Shown: positions 37,470 to 48,128 of the stretch, piece by piece
Layout: each line of letters begins with the position of its first letter
Position numbering within the stretch: position 1 is the first letter of the stretch
Assembly (NCBI GenBank): GCA_037128935.1
Contig: JBAXVQ010000001.1
Location: forward strand, 60,124-124,123
From: a bacterium
GTDB lineage: Bacteria > Patescibacteriota > CG2-30-54-11 > JBAXVQ01
Reading direction: 5' to 3'
DNA length: 64,000 nucleotides
Program-made: the position numbers and the translations under genes
The notes under the pieces: generated by a model
Seen by the model: only the letters and a program-made list of their open reading frames with translations
What the model was told of the DNA's origin: nothing
The model's database searches: none

Positions 37470-38211
37470 TGAGAATTTCCTCTGGGATGTCGAAGTTGGC
37501 GTAGGTTTTTTGGACGTCTTCGTTTTCTTCTAGTTCGTCGAGCAGTCTGAAGATCTGTTCGGCGGTTTTTTTATCTTCAATTTTTACGGTGTTCTTTGGT
37601 ACTTGGGTGATTTCGGATGAGAGTATGGTGTTGCCTTGTTTTTCTGCACCGTTTTTGACAGTTTCTAACTGGTCTGGGGCACAGATAATTTCGAGGTTTC
37701 CTTCGCCTGCTTCAGTGACATCTTCGCTACCGAGATCTATGAGTTCAAGCATGGCATTTTCTAAATCTGTGTTTTTGGGCTTTAGTATGATGACGCCTTT
37801 GGTCTCAAACATCCATGCCACACAGCCAGTTTCACCAAGGTTTCCGCCGTTGCTGCTGAAAATGTGGCGAATGGAGGAGGATGCTCGGTTGCGGTTGTCG
37901 GTCATAATGTCGACGAGAACGGCAACACCTGCTGGTCCGTACCCTTCGTAGGTAACTTCTTCGTAGTTTACGGATTCACCACCTTCTCCGGTACCTTTTT
38001 TGATAGCTCGTTCAATGTTGGAGTTCGGCATGTTGGCTTCACGGCCTTTTTGAACGGCTAGTCTTAGGCGAAAGTTTCCATCTACACTACCCCCACCAAT
38101 TTTGGCGGCGATGGTGATTTCTTTGGCAAGTTTGGTGAATGCTGCACCACGTTTTGCATCTTTGACTGCTTTTTGGCGTTTAATTGTTGACCATTTGGAG
38201 TGTCCGGACAT
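37462..38211 (-). CDS. yebC: YebC/PmpR family protein
   Basis: MSGHSKWSTIK, YEGYGPAG, TDNRNR. Confidence 0.97.
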   Translation of the reverse strand: MSGHSKWSTIKRQKAVKDAKRGAAFTKLAKEITIAAKIGGGSVDGNFRLRLAVQKGREANMPNSNIERAIKKGTGEGGESVNYEEVTYEGYGPAGVAVLVDIMTDNRNRASSSIRHIFSSNGGNLGETGCVAWMFETKGVIILKPKNTDLENAMLELIDLGSEDVTEAGEGNLEIICAPDQLETVKNGAEKQGNTILSSEITQVPKNTVKIEDKKTAEQIFRLLDELEENEDVQKTYANFDIPEEILNA

Positions 38212-38242
38212 AGTAGTACTTCTTTAAGTAAATAGTGGTTTG

Positions 38243-38626
38243 TTACTTTTCAACTATAGCGATTACTTCGATTTCGACCAAGACGTCTTTGGGGAGACGA
38301 GCAACTTGGACGGTGCTGCGGGCAGGGAAATTGTTGGTGAAGTATTCGGCGTAGATAGTGTTCATGCCGGCAAAGTTGTTCATATCGCTGAGGAATACGG
38401 TGCTTTTGATGACGTTTTCGAATGAGGATCCGGCTTCGGTGAGGACGGCTTTGAGGTTTTCTAGGACTTGTTTGGCTTGGGTGGTGATGTCGGATCCTAC
38501 GACTTCTCCGGTTTGGGGGTGGAGGGGGATTTGGCCGGAGGTGAAGAGGAGGTTTTGGAATTTGACGGCTTGGGAGTAGGGGCCGACGGCTATTGGGGCG
38601 TTTTCTGGGGTTATGATCGTTTTCAT
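38243..38626 (-). CDS. ridA: RidA family deaminase
   Basis: [23 protein letters not shown]. Confidence 0.95.
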   Translation of the reverse strand: MKTIITPENAPIAVGPYSQAVKFQNLLFTSGQIPLHPQTGEVVGSDITTQAKQVLENLKAVLTEAGSSFENVIKSTVFLSDMNNFAGMNTIYAEYFTNNFPARSTVQVARLPKDVLVEIEVIAIVEK

Positions 38627-38690
38627 GGGTGGGTTGATTCCTGTTTGTGGTTTTATTGTAGCGTTTTTTTTGGGGTGGAGGCTAGGGGGA

Positions 38691-38962
38691 GAAATGCCTA
38701 CGAATGTTTTTTATTGCGGGTGGTTTTTTATTTTCTGGTTGCTGGGGTGTTGGGGCGCCGCACATCGTTTTCTTCGAAGTCGTTATTGGCACTAACTACT
38801 TTTTGTCCGTCGTCACAAAAAGTAGCAAAAAGGACTCGCCTCTCAAACGTCTCAGAGAGGGTGTCGGCCATTGAGAGGCGGAATGCCAGAGAGCTGCGGA
38901 GCTGAGGATTGTTCAGTGGGTGGTTATACTTGTTCCAATGAAGTACTGCGTTGGGAGAATGC
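38691..38962. repeat. Dispersed structured intergenic element, copy 1
   Basis: Aligns with 59391-59676; nested inverted repeats 38796-806/38815-25 and 38837-46/38871-80. Confidence 0.92.
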
Positions 38963-39009
38963 GTTTTGGTGCGTTCTGCAGCTGCGCTTTAGAATGGCGG
39001 GTTTTGGGG

Positions 39010-40251
39010 TTATTGTTTGAAGATTTTGAAGTCTTGCCAGAAGTGGGGGTAGGTTTTGGAGACGCAGGAGGGGTTTTCTATGATGATATCGGGTTTTACG
39101 AGTTGAAGGACGGCGAAGCTCATGGCCATGCGGTGGTCGTTGTAGGTGGCGATGGAGACGTTGTTGTTTAGTTTGTCGAGGGTGGTGCCGTGGATGGTGA
39201 GGGTGTCGTCAGTGGAATCTGTTTTTACTCCGAGTTTGCCGAGCTCGTTTTGTAAAGCTAGGATGCGGTCGGTTTCTTTGTGGCGGAGGGTGCCGATGCC
39301 GGTGATGGTTGATATTGCCGGAATTATGGCTGCAAGTGGTGCTAGGGTTTGGACTACGTCGGGGATTGTATTCATGTTGAATGCGTGTGACTGTGTGGTC
39401 AGTTTTGCACATGAAATGCCGATTTTGTTTGATTCTTTTATCGGAGTTGCTCCAAGTTTTTCGAGAAGCTCGATAAAATGCACATCGCCTTGCTTTGAGT
39501 CTGTTCCAAGGTTTGTGATTTCTACTGGTGTATTTGTTAGAAAGGCTGCGGCGAGAAAATAGGATGCGGCGGAGGCATCGGCTTCGATGGTGTATTCTTG
39601 GGAGATGTATCGTTGATGGGCGGGAATAGTGAATTGTTTGTAGTTGTGGTTTGTTGCTCTTGCAGCAAAGGATTGCATGACGTCCAGAGTGATATCTACG
39701 TAGGGTTTTGAGGAAAGTTCATCCGTAATGGTGATGACAGTATCGTTTGCTGCATAAGGCGCAATCATCATTAACGAGCTTAGGTATTGGCTGGAAGTTT
39801 TTCCTGAAATGGAAATATTGCCACCAGGGAAAATATTTCCTTTGATTATGAGTGGAGGATACCCTTCTTTGTTGCTATAGGCAATCGAACAGCCGCTTGC
39901 TTGCAAGCTTTCGACAAGCGCTTTGATAGGTCTTTCCTGCATGCGCTCATCACCGGTAATCACTGTTTTTGCGGGGATTGTGGTGAGGAGGGAAGTGAGA
40001 AAACGCATCGCTGTGCCGGCGTTTCCGATGTAAAGTTCGGTGTTTTTGGGTTTAAAAGTTCCGCCATGTACTCTAACGGTTGTTCCTTCAATTTCAAATC
40101 TGATGCCAAGTTTCGTTAAGGCTTCTATCATGTATTTTGTGTCGTCGCTGTGGAGGACGTGGTGGAGCTTGCTGGTTCCTTTTGCAAGGCTGGCGATGAG
40201 GAGTGCGCGATTTGTGATGCTTTTTGAGCCGGGTAGGGTTATAGAAAGCAT
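39010..40251 (-). CDS. aroA: EPSP synthase
   Basis: PGSKSITNRAL, GNAGTAMR, SSQYLS, KETDR, DHRMAM, KTYP. Confidence 0.97.
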   Translation of the reverse strand: MLSITLPGSKSITNRALLIASLAKGTSKLHHVLHSDDTKYMIEALTKLGIRFEIEGTTVRVHGGTFKPKNTELYIGNAGTAMRFLTSLLTTIPAKTVITGDERMQERPIKALVESLQASGCSIAYSNKEGYPPLIIKGNIFPGGNISISGKTSSQYLSSLMMIAPYAANDTVITITDELSSKPYVDITLDVMQSFAARATNHNYKQFTIPAHQRYISQEYTIEADASAASYFLAAAFLTNTPVEITNLGTDSKQGDVHFIELLEKLGATPIKESNKIGISCAKLTTQSHAFNMNTIPDVVQTLAPLAAIIPAISTITGIGTLRHKETDRILALQNELGKLGVKTDSTDDTLTIHGTTLDKLNNNVSIATYNDHRMAMSFAVLQLVKPDIIIENPSCVSKTYPHFWQDFKIFKQ

Positions 40252-40283
40252 GAGGTGTTATTTATACAGTAATTTACTAAAAA

Positions 40284-40898
40284 TTAGGTTGTTGGACTGG
40301 TGGTTTTTTTATATTGGAGAAAGCTGTCAGCGATAAGTTTGAGTTGTGCTAGACGATTGCTTTCTGGTGCGATGTTCATGCCTTGCTCGATGACAATAAG
40401 GGCTTCGCTGAACTTTTCCATGTACAGATAACATTCTGCAAGATCTTCCATAGCTTCGACGTAGAAACCATCGAACTGGATGCTTTTCTTCAGTTGTGCA
40501 ATGCCTTCTTCTCTTTTTCCCAAATGAAATTGTACCCATCCGATTGATCTGATGACGTCGATATCCTCGGGATCCATGGAGTAAGCCGAATTAAGGTATT
40601 GAAGAGAGAGACGCCATTTTCTCTGCAGGGAATAGATATAGCCTAGATAGTAGTTGCAATCGAGATTTTCCGATTCGGCGTCGTAGGCATATTGAGCTTT
40701 TTGGAGAATTTGTTCAAGCTCTTTGTCTGTGAGGTTGCTTCGATTGAGTAAAATGTCGATCTGTTCGAGGTAGCTTTCGACGCAGTCTGGATATTCTACG
40801 GAAATTTCTTCGAGCACCATAAGCGCTTCTTCTTCGAATCCCATTCGTTTGAGTTCTTGGGCATCTCTCAATAGTTCATCAAGATTAAACTTTTTCAC
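40284..40898 (-). CDS. TPR repeat protein
   Basis: Repeated LG..Y/A...P helical motifs. Confidence 0.85.
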   Translation of the reverse strand: MKKFNLDELLRDAQELKRMGFEEEALMVLEEISVEYPDCVESYLEQIDILLNRSNLTDKELEQILQKAQYAYDAESENLDCNYYLGYIYSLQRKWRLSLQYLNSAYSMDPEDIDVIRSIGWVQFHLGKREEGIAQLKKSIQFDGFYVEAMEDLAECYLYMEKFSEALIVIEQGMNIAPESNRLAQLKLIADSFLQYKKTTSPTT

Positions 40899-41156
40899 GG
40901 GTACTCTCCTTGACTGCCTTATCGTTAAGTAGTTTTGCGGGTCTTAATTCAGTAGGGAACAGTTATTTATTCCCTTACTGATGCCCTATTGTACGCTTTT
41001 TTTCTGAAGTTGCAAGGCTCTGGAGATTACTTATGGGGACGGGGAAATTGAGGTGGTTTTTTTATTTTTGAACTTAAGATGAACATTATCAGCTTAAAAA
41101 TTCTTCATTTTTTTTATTTTTGACATTTACATATGTGCTAAATATATTTTAACTAT

Positions 41157-43052
41157 GTGTTGGTGTTTTTTTTATTTGCTCTTGGAGATTCAAATATGAT
41201 TTTTAAAAGGTGTCTTTTGGCTGTTGTTTGTTTGCTGTCTATTGTTGTTTTTTTTGCAGCTAAAGAAAGGACTGTTCAAGCTCAAGGGATGGTTGTGGTT
41301 ATTAATAAATTTCTACCTAAACAGGCTTCCGACTGGAATGGAGATGGCATTGTTGACGGAAATGATGAGTGGATAGAGCTTTACAATACTAAACCTGATC
41401 CTATTAGCTTGCTTGGATGGAAAATAGATGACGTTGCAGGAGGTGGGAGTAAGGAGTATACGATTGCTCAAGAAAGTAGTATTGCAGGGTTTGGTACGCT
41501 GGTGTTTTTTAAAAAGCAGACCGGTGTGATTTTAAATGATACAGGGGATACTGTTCGGTTAACTGATCCTGCAGGGAATGTGGATGAGTATGTGTATAGT
41601 GCTTCACAGGTTAGTGCGGATGTTGCAGTTGGTCGTTGTCCTGCTGGAAGTTCAACATGGGTTCTTCTTGCGTCGCCTGTGATTGGTTCTATTTCATGCG
41701 CTTTTCCTGCTACTATGACAGAAACAGTTTTTCCTACTGAGATTTTCACGGAAACAGTAACCGCAACGCCAGAAATGATTGTTACGGAAACGGCTACAGA
41801 GACAGCGATTGCTGATTTTTCTGAAACTCCGCTTTTAGAGTTGACCGTTACTCCATTATCGTCCTTGACTAGTACAATTACTGCTACACACATTGCGTCA
41901 ATGCAAAATTCAAACACTCCAACACGTACTAGAACAATCACTATCACTGTAACTCCTAGTGCAACAGTTACGATTACTGTAACAATGGTTATTCCACAAT
42001 GTGCAGATGTGGTGTTGAATGAGGTCTTGGCTGCACCGTCTGCTCAGTTAGGAGAGGAATGGGTGGAGTTGTATAATCGAGAATCAGTTCCGGTGCAGTT
42101 GCTGCAGTGGCAGTTGGATGATGTGGAGAGTGGTGGAAGCAAGGTCTATAGTATTTCTACACCTGTTGTTGTTCAGCCTCATGGTTGGCTGGTATTGTCT
42201 CAAAGTGATACAAAAATCAATTTTAATAATGATGGCGATACTGTGCGTTTGTTATGTCCTGATGGTTCGCTTGTGGATAGTTTTAGCTATGTTCAGACTA
42301 AGACGGATTTTTCTTGGGGAAGGTATCCTGATGGGAGTGGCGAATGGGTGGGAGAAATGGCAGGAACGCGTGATCTTGCGAATGTGTTGCTTGCTACGGC
42401 AACAGCTACCTTTGGGGAGCAAAGTACTGCTACTTCCAAAGCAGTCGTTTTAGCAACGGTAACAAAAACAGCAACTTTTTTCATTTCCACTCCAACTGCA
42501 ATTTCCACGCAAGCTATACCCTACGGTGTTATAGAATTGAGCGAATTTTTGCCAGCACCTGGTTCTTCCCATGACTGGGATGGGAGTGGTAAAGCTGATG
42601 GCGATGATGAATGGATTGAGCTTTACAATTCCTCTGATGCGATGGTTAATTTGTCGGGATGGATGCTTGATGATGGAGAAAATGGAAGCAAGGCGTATGT
42701 GTTGCCTGCAACTGCATCTATCGGGGTGAATGGTTATGCTGTTTTCTACAAAAAAGATACTAAAATCGCTTTGAATAATGATACCGATACTGTACGTTTA
42801 CTTCGACCAGACGGCACTATTGAGGAAAGCTACCTTTATTCGAAGGCCAAGACAGATCAGTCTTTTGTGAAAGTTGCGGGTGCTTGGCAGCTTTCTAGTA
42901 GTCCTAGTCCTGGGTATTCAACAAGTGGTGCATTAACTGCTTCTCCAGTTTCTTCCGCAGAATTGCCAGTGACAGGAATGGTGACGGTATCGTTGGGGAG
43001 TTTATTATTGATAGTGGGAGTAGTGTTTGGAAAGTTAGTATTTCGTTGGTGA
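41157..43052 (+). CDS. Secreted triple lamin-tail-domain protein with LPxTG sorting signal
   Basis: Three EWIELYN...LNNDGDTVRL domains, Thr-rich linkers, LPVTG + TM + basic tail. Confidence 0.88.
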   Translation: MLVFFLFALGDSNMIFKRCLLAVVCLLSIVVFFAAKERTVQAQGMVVVINKFLPKQASDWNGDGIVDGNDEWIELYNTKPDPISLLGWKIDDVAGGGSKEYTIAQESSIAGFGTLVFFKKQTGVILNDTGDTVRLTDPAGNVDEYVYSASQVSADVAVGRCPAGSSTWVLLASPVIGSISCAFPATMTETVFPTEIFTETVTATPEMIVTETATETAIADFSETPLLELTVTPLSSLTSTITATHIASMQNSNTPTRTRTITITVTPSATVTITVTMVIPQCADVVLNEVLAAPSAQLGEEWVELYNRESVPVQLLQWQLDDVESGGSKVYSISTPVVVQPHGWLVLSQSDTKINFNNDGDTVRLLCPDGSLVDSFSYVQTKTDFSWGRYPDGSGEWVGEMAGTRDLANVLLATATATFGEQSTATSKAVVLATVTKTATFFISTPTAISTQAIPYGVIELSEFLPAPGSSHDWDGSGKADGDDEWIELYNSSDAMVNLSGWMLDDGENGSKAYVLPATASIGVNGYAVFYKKDTKIALNNDTDTVRLLRPDGTIEESYLYSKAKTDQSFVKVAGAWQLSSSPSPGYSTSGALTASPVSSAELPVTGMVTVSLGSLLLIVGVVFGKLVFRW

Positions 43053-43130
43053 GTGTGGATTTTGTGCTGATGTCTTGTAGAAAAAAAGACCATGTGTTGT
43101 AATGAAATCACTAGTGAATGAGGCTTTTTT

Positions 43131-43637
43131 ATGCGATTTTTTACCTCAATTTTTTCTGCACAAAATGCCCAAGTGCTGCTCTTTTTCTTTTCCTTCTTTT
43201 TTCTTTTTCTTTGGTTTGGTACGGTTGTCTGGGTGTATCAGGATCTTAAGCTTCGAACGCGTAGTCAGCTTTTGTTTACTTGTGCGTTGTTGCTTGCCAT
43301 TTGTTTCCCATTTGCTGGTCTGATTTTTTACTTTCTGTTTCGTCCACATATTACTCTTGAAGAGCAGCAATTTGCAGATTGGGAAAAGATGCTGCTTTAT
43401 CATGAAATCAAACAACATCCACGATGTCCTTATTGCACTGAATTTGTTGAGAAGGATTTCGTTGTTTGCCCGTCCTGCCTAAAAAACATCCGTTCGATTT
43501 GTAGAACTTGTGATCGGGTACTTGAGCTTGCTTGGGAAGTTTGCCCTTTTTGCGCTTCACGTCCGAATGTTGCTCCAGTGCGAGTTGCAGACGACGATCA
43601 TGGAGAAAAAGTGGCGAGGAAGCATAAGAGCGTGTAA
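43131..43637 (+). CDS. Membrane protein with double zinc ribbon
   Basis: Two TMs then CPYC, CPSC, CRTC, CPFC. Confidence 0.88.
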   Translation: MRFFTSIFSAQNAQVLLFFFSFFFLFLWFGTVVWVYQDLKLRTRSQLLFTCALLLAICFPFAGLIFYFLFRPHITLEEQQFADWEKMLLYHEIKQHPRCPYCTEFVEKDFVVCPSCLKNIRSICRTCDRVLELAWEVCPFCASRPNVAPVRVADDDHGEKVARKHKSV

Positions 43638-43687
43638 TGGTGCTGGAGCAGAAGTGGAACTGATGTTAATTTATGTGTTTTTTTTTC

Positions 43688-45385
43688 TTACATCTTGTTG
43701 ACTACATTGATTCCCAGAAGATTAAGACCGGTTTTTAGAAGCTCAGCGGTTGCTTGGCTGAGAGCTAGGCGGAATTTTTGCTGTGTTTTTTCTGCTTTAA
43801 GAATGGGAACTTGTTGATAGAATGTGTTGAAAAGACTTGCAAGTTCGTACAGATAAGTTGAGAGGATGTTTGGTGAGTATTCTTTAGCGGCTTCTTCAAT
43901 GGCTTCTCCAAAATAGAGAAATTTTCTCAGTAAGCTTTTTTCACTTTCTGTTAGTTCAAGTTTTTGCCCTGGAATCTCTGTGCTTTCTGTCGCTTTAGTG
44001 ATGACGGAAAGGATTCGTGCATAAGTGTACTGGAGGTAGGGTCCACTGTTTCCGTGTAGGTTTAATACTTTTTCCCAATCGAAGACAATATCAGTTTTTC
44101 GGTTTTGAGAGAGGTCGTTGTATTTTACTGCGCCGATACCAATGGTTTTTGCAATGCTTTTCTTCTCTTCTTCTGTCAAACCTTCGCGATCTTTAACCAT
44201 TTCGTAAGCGCGTGTCACCGCATCTTCTAACACCTGTTCCAAGAATATTACACGACCTTTTCTAGTAGACATCTTTCCTTCTGGAAGCCTCATGAGCCCG
44301 AAGTTGATGTGTAGGATTTCATGGGTGCTGCCGATTTGTTTTCTTACCGCTGCAAGTTGTTTGAAATAGAGTGCTTGTTCGTTGCTGACGACGTGGAGTA
44401 CTTTGAGGGGATGAAACTGTTCTTCGTAATATTTGTCAGCGGCGAGATCCCTTGTCAGATAAAGGGTAGCTCCATCAGACCGCTGTATCAGTGTTGATGG
44501 GAGTGTTGGGTGGTCATTGAGTACGGCAACTGAGTTGTCTTCGTTTTGTACCGCAATACCTTTTTTGAGAGCTTCTTGAATGATTTCTTCCAGCATGTTT
44601 TGATAGAAACTTTCACCGTGGATGAAGGTGAACGAGGTTTCCAGTCGTTCGTATAGTTTGTGGAGTTCTTTTTTGCTTTCTTTGACAACCCAATTCCAAA
44701 GAGCCAGATTTTCAGTATCACCGTTTTCTAGTTTTTTAAATTCTTCCCGAGCATTATCTTCAAGTGTTGGATCGGTTTCAGCTTTTGTATGAAAGTCTAC
44801 GTAGAGTTGGAGGAATTCATGGATAGGATCTTTTTTTACGGTTGCTTCATTTCCCCAACTTTTATAGGCGTAGATGAGTTTGCCAAACTGTGTTCCCCAA
44901 TCGCCAAGATAGTTATCTGCAATGACGTTGTACCCTAAATGTATGAATATTCGTTTGAGAGATTCTCCAATGATTGTAGAACGGAGGTGTCCGATGCTGA
45001 GTGGTTTTGCGACGTTGGGGTGTGAATATTCTACGATAATCGTTTGTGGTTTGTCATGACTTCTTTTTTCAAACAGTTCTTTTTGCGAAAGGATGGTGCT
45101 GAGATTGTTTAGTACCGCTTCATCAGTGAGTTTGAAATTTATAAACCCTGGTCCGGCAACAGTACAGTTGGATATACATTGGTGTTCAGCTATACTAGCA
45201 ACAATTTTTTCTGCTACAGTTCGTGGATTCTCACCGATTATTTTTCCTAATTGAAGGGCGACTGGGGTCGCATATTCACCAAACTCTTCTTTTTGAGGAG
45301 GGGTAAGTGATATTTCAGGGCATAGCACTTCTGGCCAAAGAGTTTCTATGGATTTTTTTATATACGTGATCAGTAGTTTTTTCAT
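43688..45385 (-). CDS. argS: Arginine--tRNA ligase
   Basis: PNVAKPLSIGHLRS, GDWGTQFG, KMSTRKG, YLQYTYAR. Confidence 0.97.
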   Translation of the reverse strand: MKKLLITYIKKSIETLWPEVLCPEISLTPPQKEEFGEYATPVALQLGKIIGENPRTVAEKIVASIAEHQCISNCTVAGPGFINFKLTDEAVLNNLSTILSQKELFEKRSHDKPQTIIVEYSHPNVAKPLSIGHLRSTIIGESLKRIFIHLGYNVIADNYLGDWGTQFGKLIYAYKSWGNEATVKKDPIHEFLQLYVDFHTKAETDPTLEDNAREEFKKLENGDTENLALWNWVVKESKKELHKLYERLETSFTFIHGESFYQNMLEEIIQEALKKGIAVQNEDNSVAVLNDHPTLPSTLIQRSDGATLYLTRDLAADKYYEEQFHPLKVLHVVSNEQALYFKQLAAVRKQIGSTHEILHINFGLMRLPEGKMSTRKGRVIFLEQVLEDAVTRAYEMVKDREGLTEEEKKSIAKTIGIGAVKYNDLSQNRKTDIVFDWEKVLNLHGNSGPYLQYTYARILSVITKATESTEIPGQKLELTESEKSLLRKFLYFGEAIEEAAKEYSPNILSTYLYELASLFNTFYQQVPILKAEKTQQKFRLALSQATAELLKTGLNLLGINVVNKM

Positions 45386-45630
45386 GTAGAGTCAGTAATT
45401 AACGACAGTGTTCAGTATACGATGTAATGAGCGAAGTTGAAAGGTTGAGCCACTGTTTAAAATCTTGTTATTTCAGCTGGGGGTTTGCTACGAAGCGGTT
45501 TTTGTGCTATGATGTCTTGATTTACTACTATAATTATAAGAATTTTTTTTACATCATGTTTTTGCTGTTCAAAGACTTTGACAAGGGAAAAGTCTGAGTA
45601 TAGCATACAAAATAGAATGGAGAAGTCTAT

Positions 45631-46272
45631 ATGAACCAGCACCATACCCCACCACCACCGCCGCCGCCACATTCTGGTCAGCCACCTGCGGGGGCGTCAG
45701 GTATTCCACCGGCAGATATCTTTGGCATGCTTGGTTTGGAGGATCTTCCTGAAAATGAAAAGAAAGTACTATTAGAAAAACTTGAGAAAGTTATTCAAGA
45801 GCAGGTAATTCATCTAATAGTTACACAGCTGACTGATGAGCAATGCCAGGATTTAAATGAAAAAATGGATCAGGGTTTGAATCAGATGCAAGTTATTGAA
45901 TATTTGCGAGGAACAATCCCAAACCTAGAAGATCAGATTCGCAAGCTAGTAGAAGATTTTCGTGAAGATCTGTTGGTTGAAGTTGATGATATTAGAAAAG
46001 AATTGGCATCAGGTAAAAAGCCATCTTCTCAGCCTGTTTCTAAACGTTTTAAAGAGGGGTATGTTCAACCAGGTGCTCAGCCTGGGAAACCAGCAGGAGT
46101 TGCTCCTCAGCAACCAACTCATCCGCAGCAGGTACCTCCTGAAGTATTACAACATCTTCAACAGATAAATCATGCGATTCAAGAAGCAACCAAGGTTAAT
46201 AATTATGAAGTACTTATCCAATTGATGAATCAGAGAAAGGCGCTTAAAGCGCAATGGGGAATAGCTGAATGA
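45631..46272 (+). CDS. DUF5663-like protein with Pro/Gln-rich tails
   Basis: LGLEDLPENEKKVLL...LTDEQ...IPNLE pattern. Confidence 0.65.
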   Translation: MNQHHTPPPPPPPHSGQPPAGASGIPPADIFGMLGLEDLPENEKKVLLEKLEKVIQEQVIHLIVTQLTDEQCQDLNEKMDQGLNQMQVIEYLRGTIPNLEDQIRKLVEDFREDLLVEVDDIRKELASGKKPSSQPVSKRFKEGYVQPGAQPGKPAGVAPQQPTHPQQVPPEVLQHLQQINHAIQEATKVNNYEVLIQLMNQRKALKAQWGIAE

Positions 46273-46892
46273 AGCTATTGCCAATAGCAGTATTGATTTC
46301 CGGTAATGGTTCTAACTTGCAGGCGCTTATAGATGCCATTCAGTCCGGTATTTTGCATGCTGAAATCAAAGTTGTGATTAGTAATAAACCTGATGCTTAC
46401 GGATTGGAGCGTGCAAAAAAAGCGGGTATTCAAGCAGAAGTATTTAGTTTTGCAAAATTTAAGCGTGAAGGAAAAGGGATACGAGAAGAGTACGATGCCC
46501 AGTTAGCGACTTTTCTGAAGCAATTTGGAGTGTCGTTGATCGTTTTGGCTGGCTGGATGCATATTGTTTCTCCTTCTTTTTTAGAGCAGTTTCCACAGCG
46601 TGTGATTAATCTTCATCCTGCCCTTCTCCCTTCTTTTCCCGGTGTTGATGCGATAAAGCAGGCTTGGGAATATGGTGTCCGTTGTACAGGAGTGACTGTT
46701 CATGTGGTTGATAGTGGAGTTGATACAGGGCCAATTATTTTACAGGAATCGTTGAAGATTCTTTCTTCTGATACTTTACACACTTTAAGTGAACGGGTGC
46801 GTGCCTTGGAGCATTTATTATTACCTCGGGCCGTTGAATTATTTGCTCAGGATAAAGTAGTGGTTCAAGGTAGAAAGGTAGTGTTGGTATGA
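46269..46892 (+). CDS. purN: Phosphoribosylglycinamide formyltransferase
   Basis: ISGNGSNLQA, INLHPALLPSFPG, GVTVHVVDSGVDTGPII. Confidence 0.97.
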   Translation: MKLLPIAVLISGNGSNLQALIDAIQSGILHAEIKVVISNKPDAYGLERAKKAGIQAEVFSFAKFKREGKGIREEYDAQLATFLKQFGVSLIVLAGWMHIVSPSFLEQFPQRVINLHPALLPSFPGVDAIKQAWEYGVRCTGVTVHVVDSGVDTGPIILQESLKILSSDTLHTLSERVRALEHLLLPRAVELFAQDKVVVQGRKVVLV

Positions 46893-47494
46893 TTGTGATT
46901 GTTGATTATGAAGCGGGAAACCTTGCGTCGGTTTACCGTGCAGTGGAATCACTGGGTTTTAAAGCCAAGATTTCGAGTGACCCAGAGGAAATTGTAGCAG
47001 CCACAAAAGTGATATTTCCCGGTGTAGGTGCGGCTGGTCAGGCGATGTCTTCGTTGAAGGAGCGGGGATTAGATGAGGCATTGCAAGAAGTTGTTGTTCA
47101 GGGAAAAGGAATGCTAGGGATCTGTTTGGGCTCTCAGATTATTTTGGAAAAAAGTGAAGAAAACGATACGCTTTGTCTTAGTTTGCTTCCTGGCTGTACA
47201 AGAAAATTGCCAAGTAGAGCCAGTTTGAAAATCCCACATATGGGCTGGAATCAGGTAAATCAAATTGTCCAACATCCTTTGTTTAAGGCAATTCCTGATA
47301 AATCGGATTTTTATTTTGTTCATTCGTATTATAATGACGTGCCTTCTGAATTGATACTTGGTTCGACTGAATATGGTATTTCTTTTCCTTCTGTTATAGG
47401 AAAAGATAGTGTTTTTGCTGTGCAATTTCATACGGAAAAAAGTGGTAAATGGGGAGTGCAGCTCCTTAAGAATTTTCTTTGCATGGAGTTTTAA
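46889..47494 (+). CDS. hisH: Imidazole glycerol phosphate synthase subunit HisH
   Basis: GNLASV, PGVG, GICLG, PHMGWN, YFVHSY, QFHTEKS. Confidence 0.95.
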   Translation: MIVIVDYEAGNLASVYRAVESLGFKAKISSDPEEIVAATKVIFPGVGAAGQAMSSLKERGLDEALQEVVVQGKGMLGICLGSQIILEKSEENDTLCLSLLPGCTRKLPSRASLKIPHMGWNQVNQIVQHPLFKAIPDKSDFYFVHSYYNDVPSELILGSTEYGISFPSVIGKDSVFAVQFHTEKSGKWGVQLLKNFLCMEF

Positions 47495-47847
47495 TGAGGA
47501 AAAAAAAGTTAGATAAGGCGATATCTGATGATTATTTGTCTGTGATTGTTGATGTTCTTGTAGATAATAAGGCTGAAGATGTTGTTGTCCTTAATGTGGA
47601 TAAAAAGTCTTCAGTTGCTAGTTATTTTGTTATTGCTAGTGCTTTAATCGAACGACATGTTAAGGCTCTGGCAGGTGCAGTAGAAAGACAGCTTCGTGCG
47701 CAATGTCATGAGCATGTGTTACGAGTGGATGGCGTGGATGAAGGTCGGTGGGCGATTTTAGATTATGGTGATGTGTTAATCCATATTTTTTTAATTGAAG
47801 AAAGGCAACGGTATCGTCTAGAAGAACTTTGGACCGCGAAAGAATAG
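47494..47847 (+). CDS. rsfS: Ribosome silencing factor
   Basis: KAEDV, YFVIAS, WAILDYGDVLIHIF, YRLEELW. Confidence 0.95.
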   Translation: MRKKKLDKAISDDYLSVIVDVLVDNKAEDVVVLNVDKKSSVASYFVIASALIERHVKALAGAVERQLRAQCHEHVLRVDGVDEGRWAILDYGDVLIHIFLIEERQRYRLEELWTAKE

Positions 47848-48128
47848 CTATAGATCATGTTTTTGCTTTATAATCTTCCCTTCCCAGTTCTTCTACCGAC
47901 TTGATTGATTTTTATTTTGTGTTATATTATTTCATGCTTAATTGTGTGATTACGTTTGATTTTTTCTGCAGAAGTACACATTTATCTTTATAAGTCAGTA
48001 ACAATACTGGCATGTTTTCGTTTATACTTCTGGAGACAATGTCAGGGGCGGGCTCTTGACAGATGACTCTGAAATAGTATAAGATTATATATTAAATCAT
48101 CTCTATCAGTAGATTATTGTAGGTTATT

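Noticed and set aside
38468-39562. Long plus-strand ORFs antisense to ridA/aroA (likewise 55696-57397 and 63315-64000)
   Set aside because: By-products of the G/T-rich strand bias, which depletes stop codons; translations are low-complexity G/V/W
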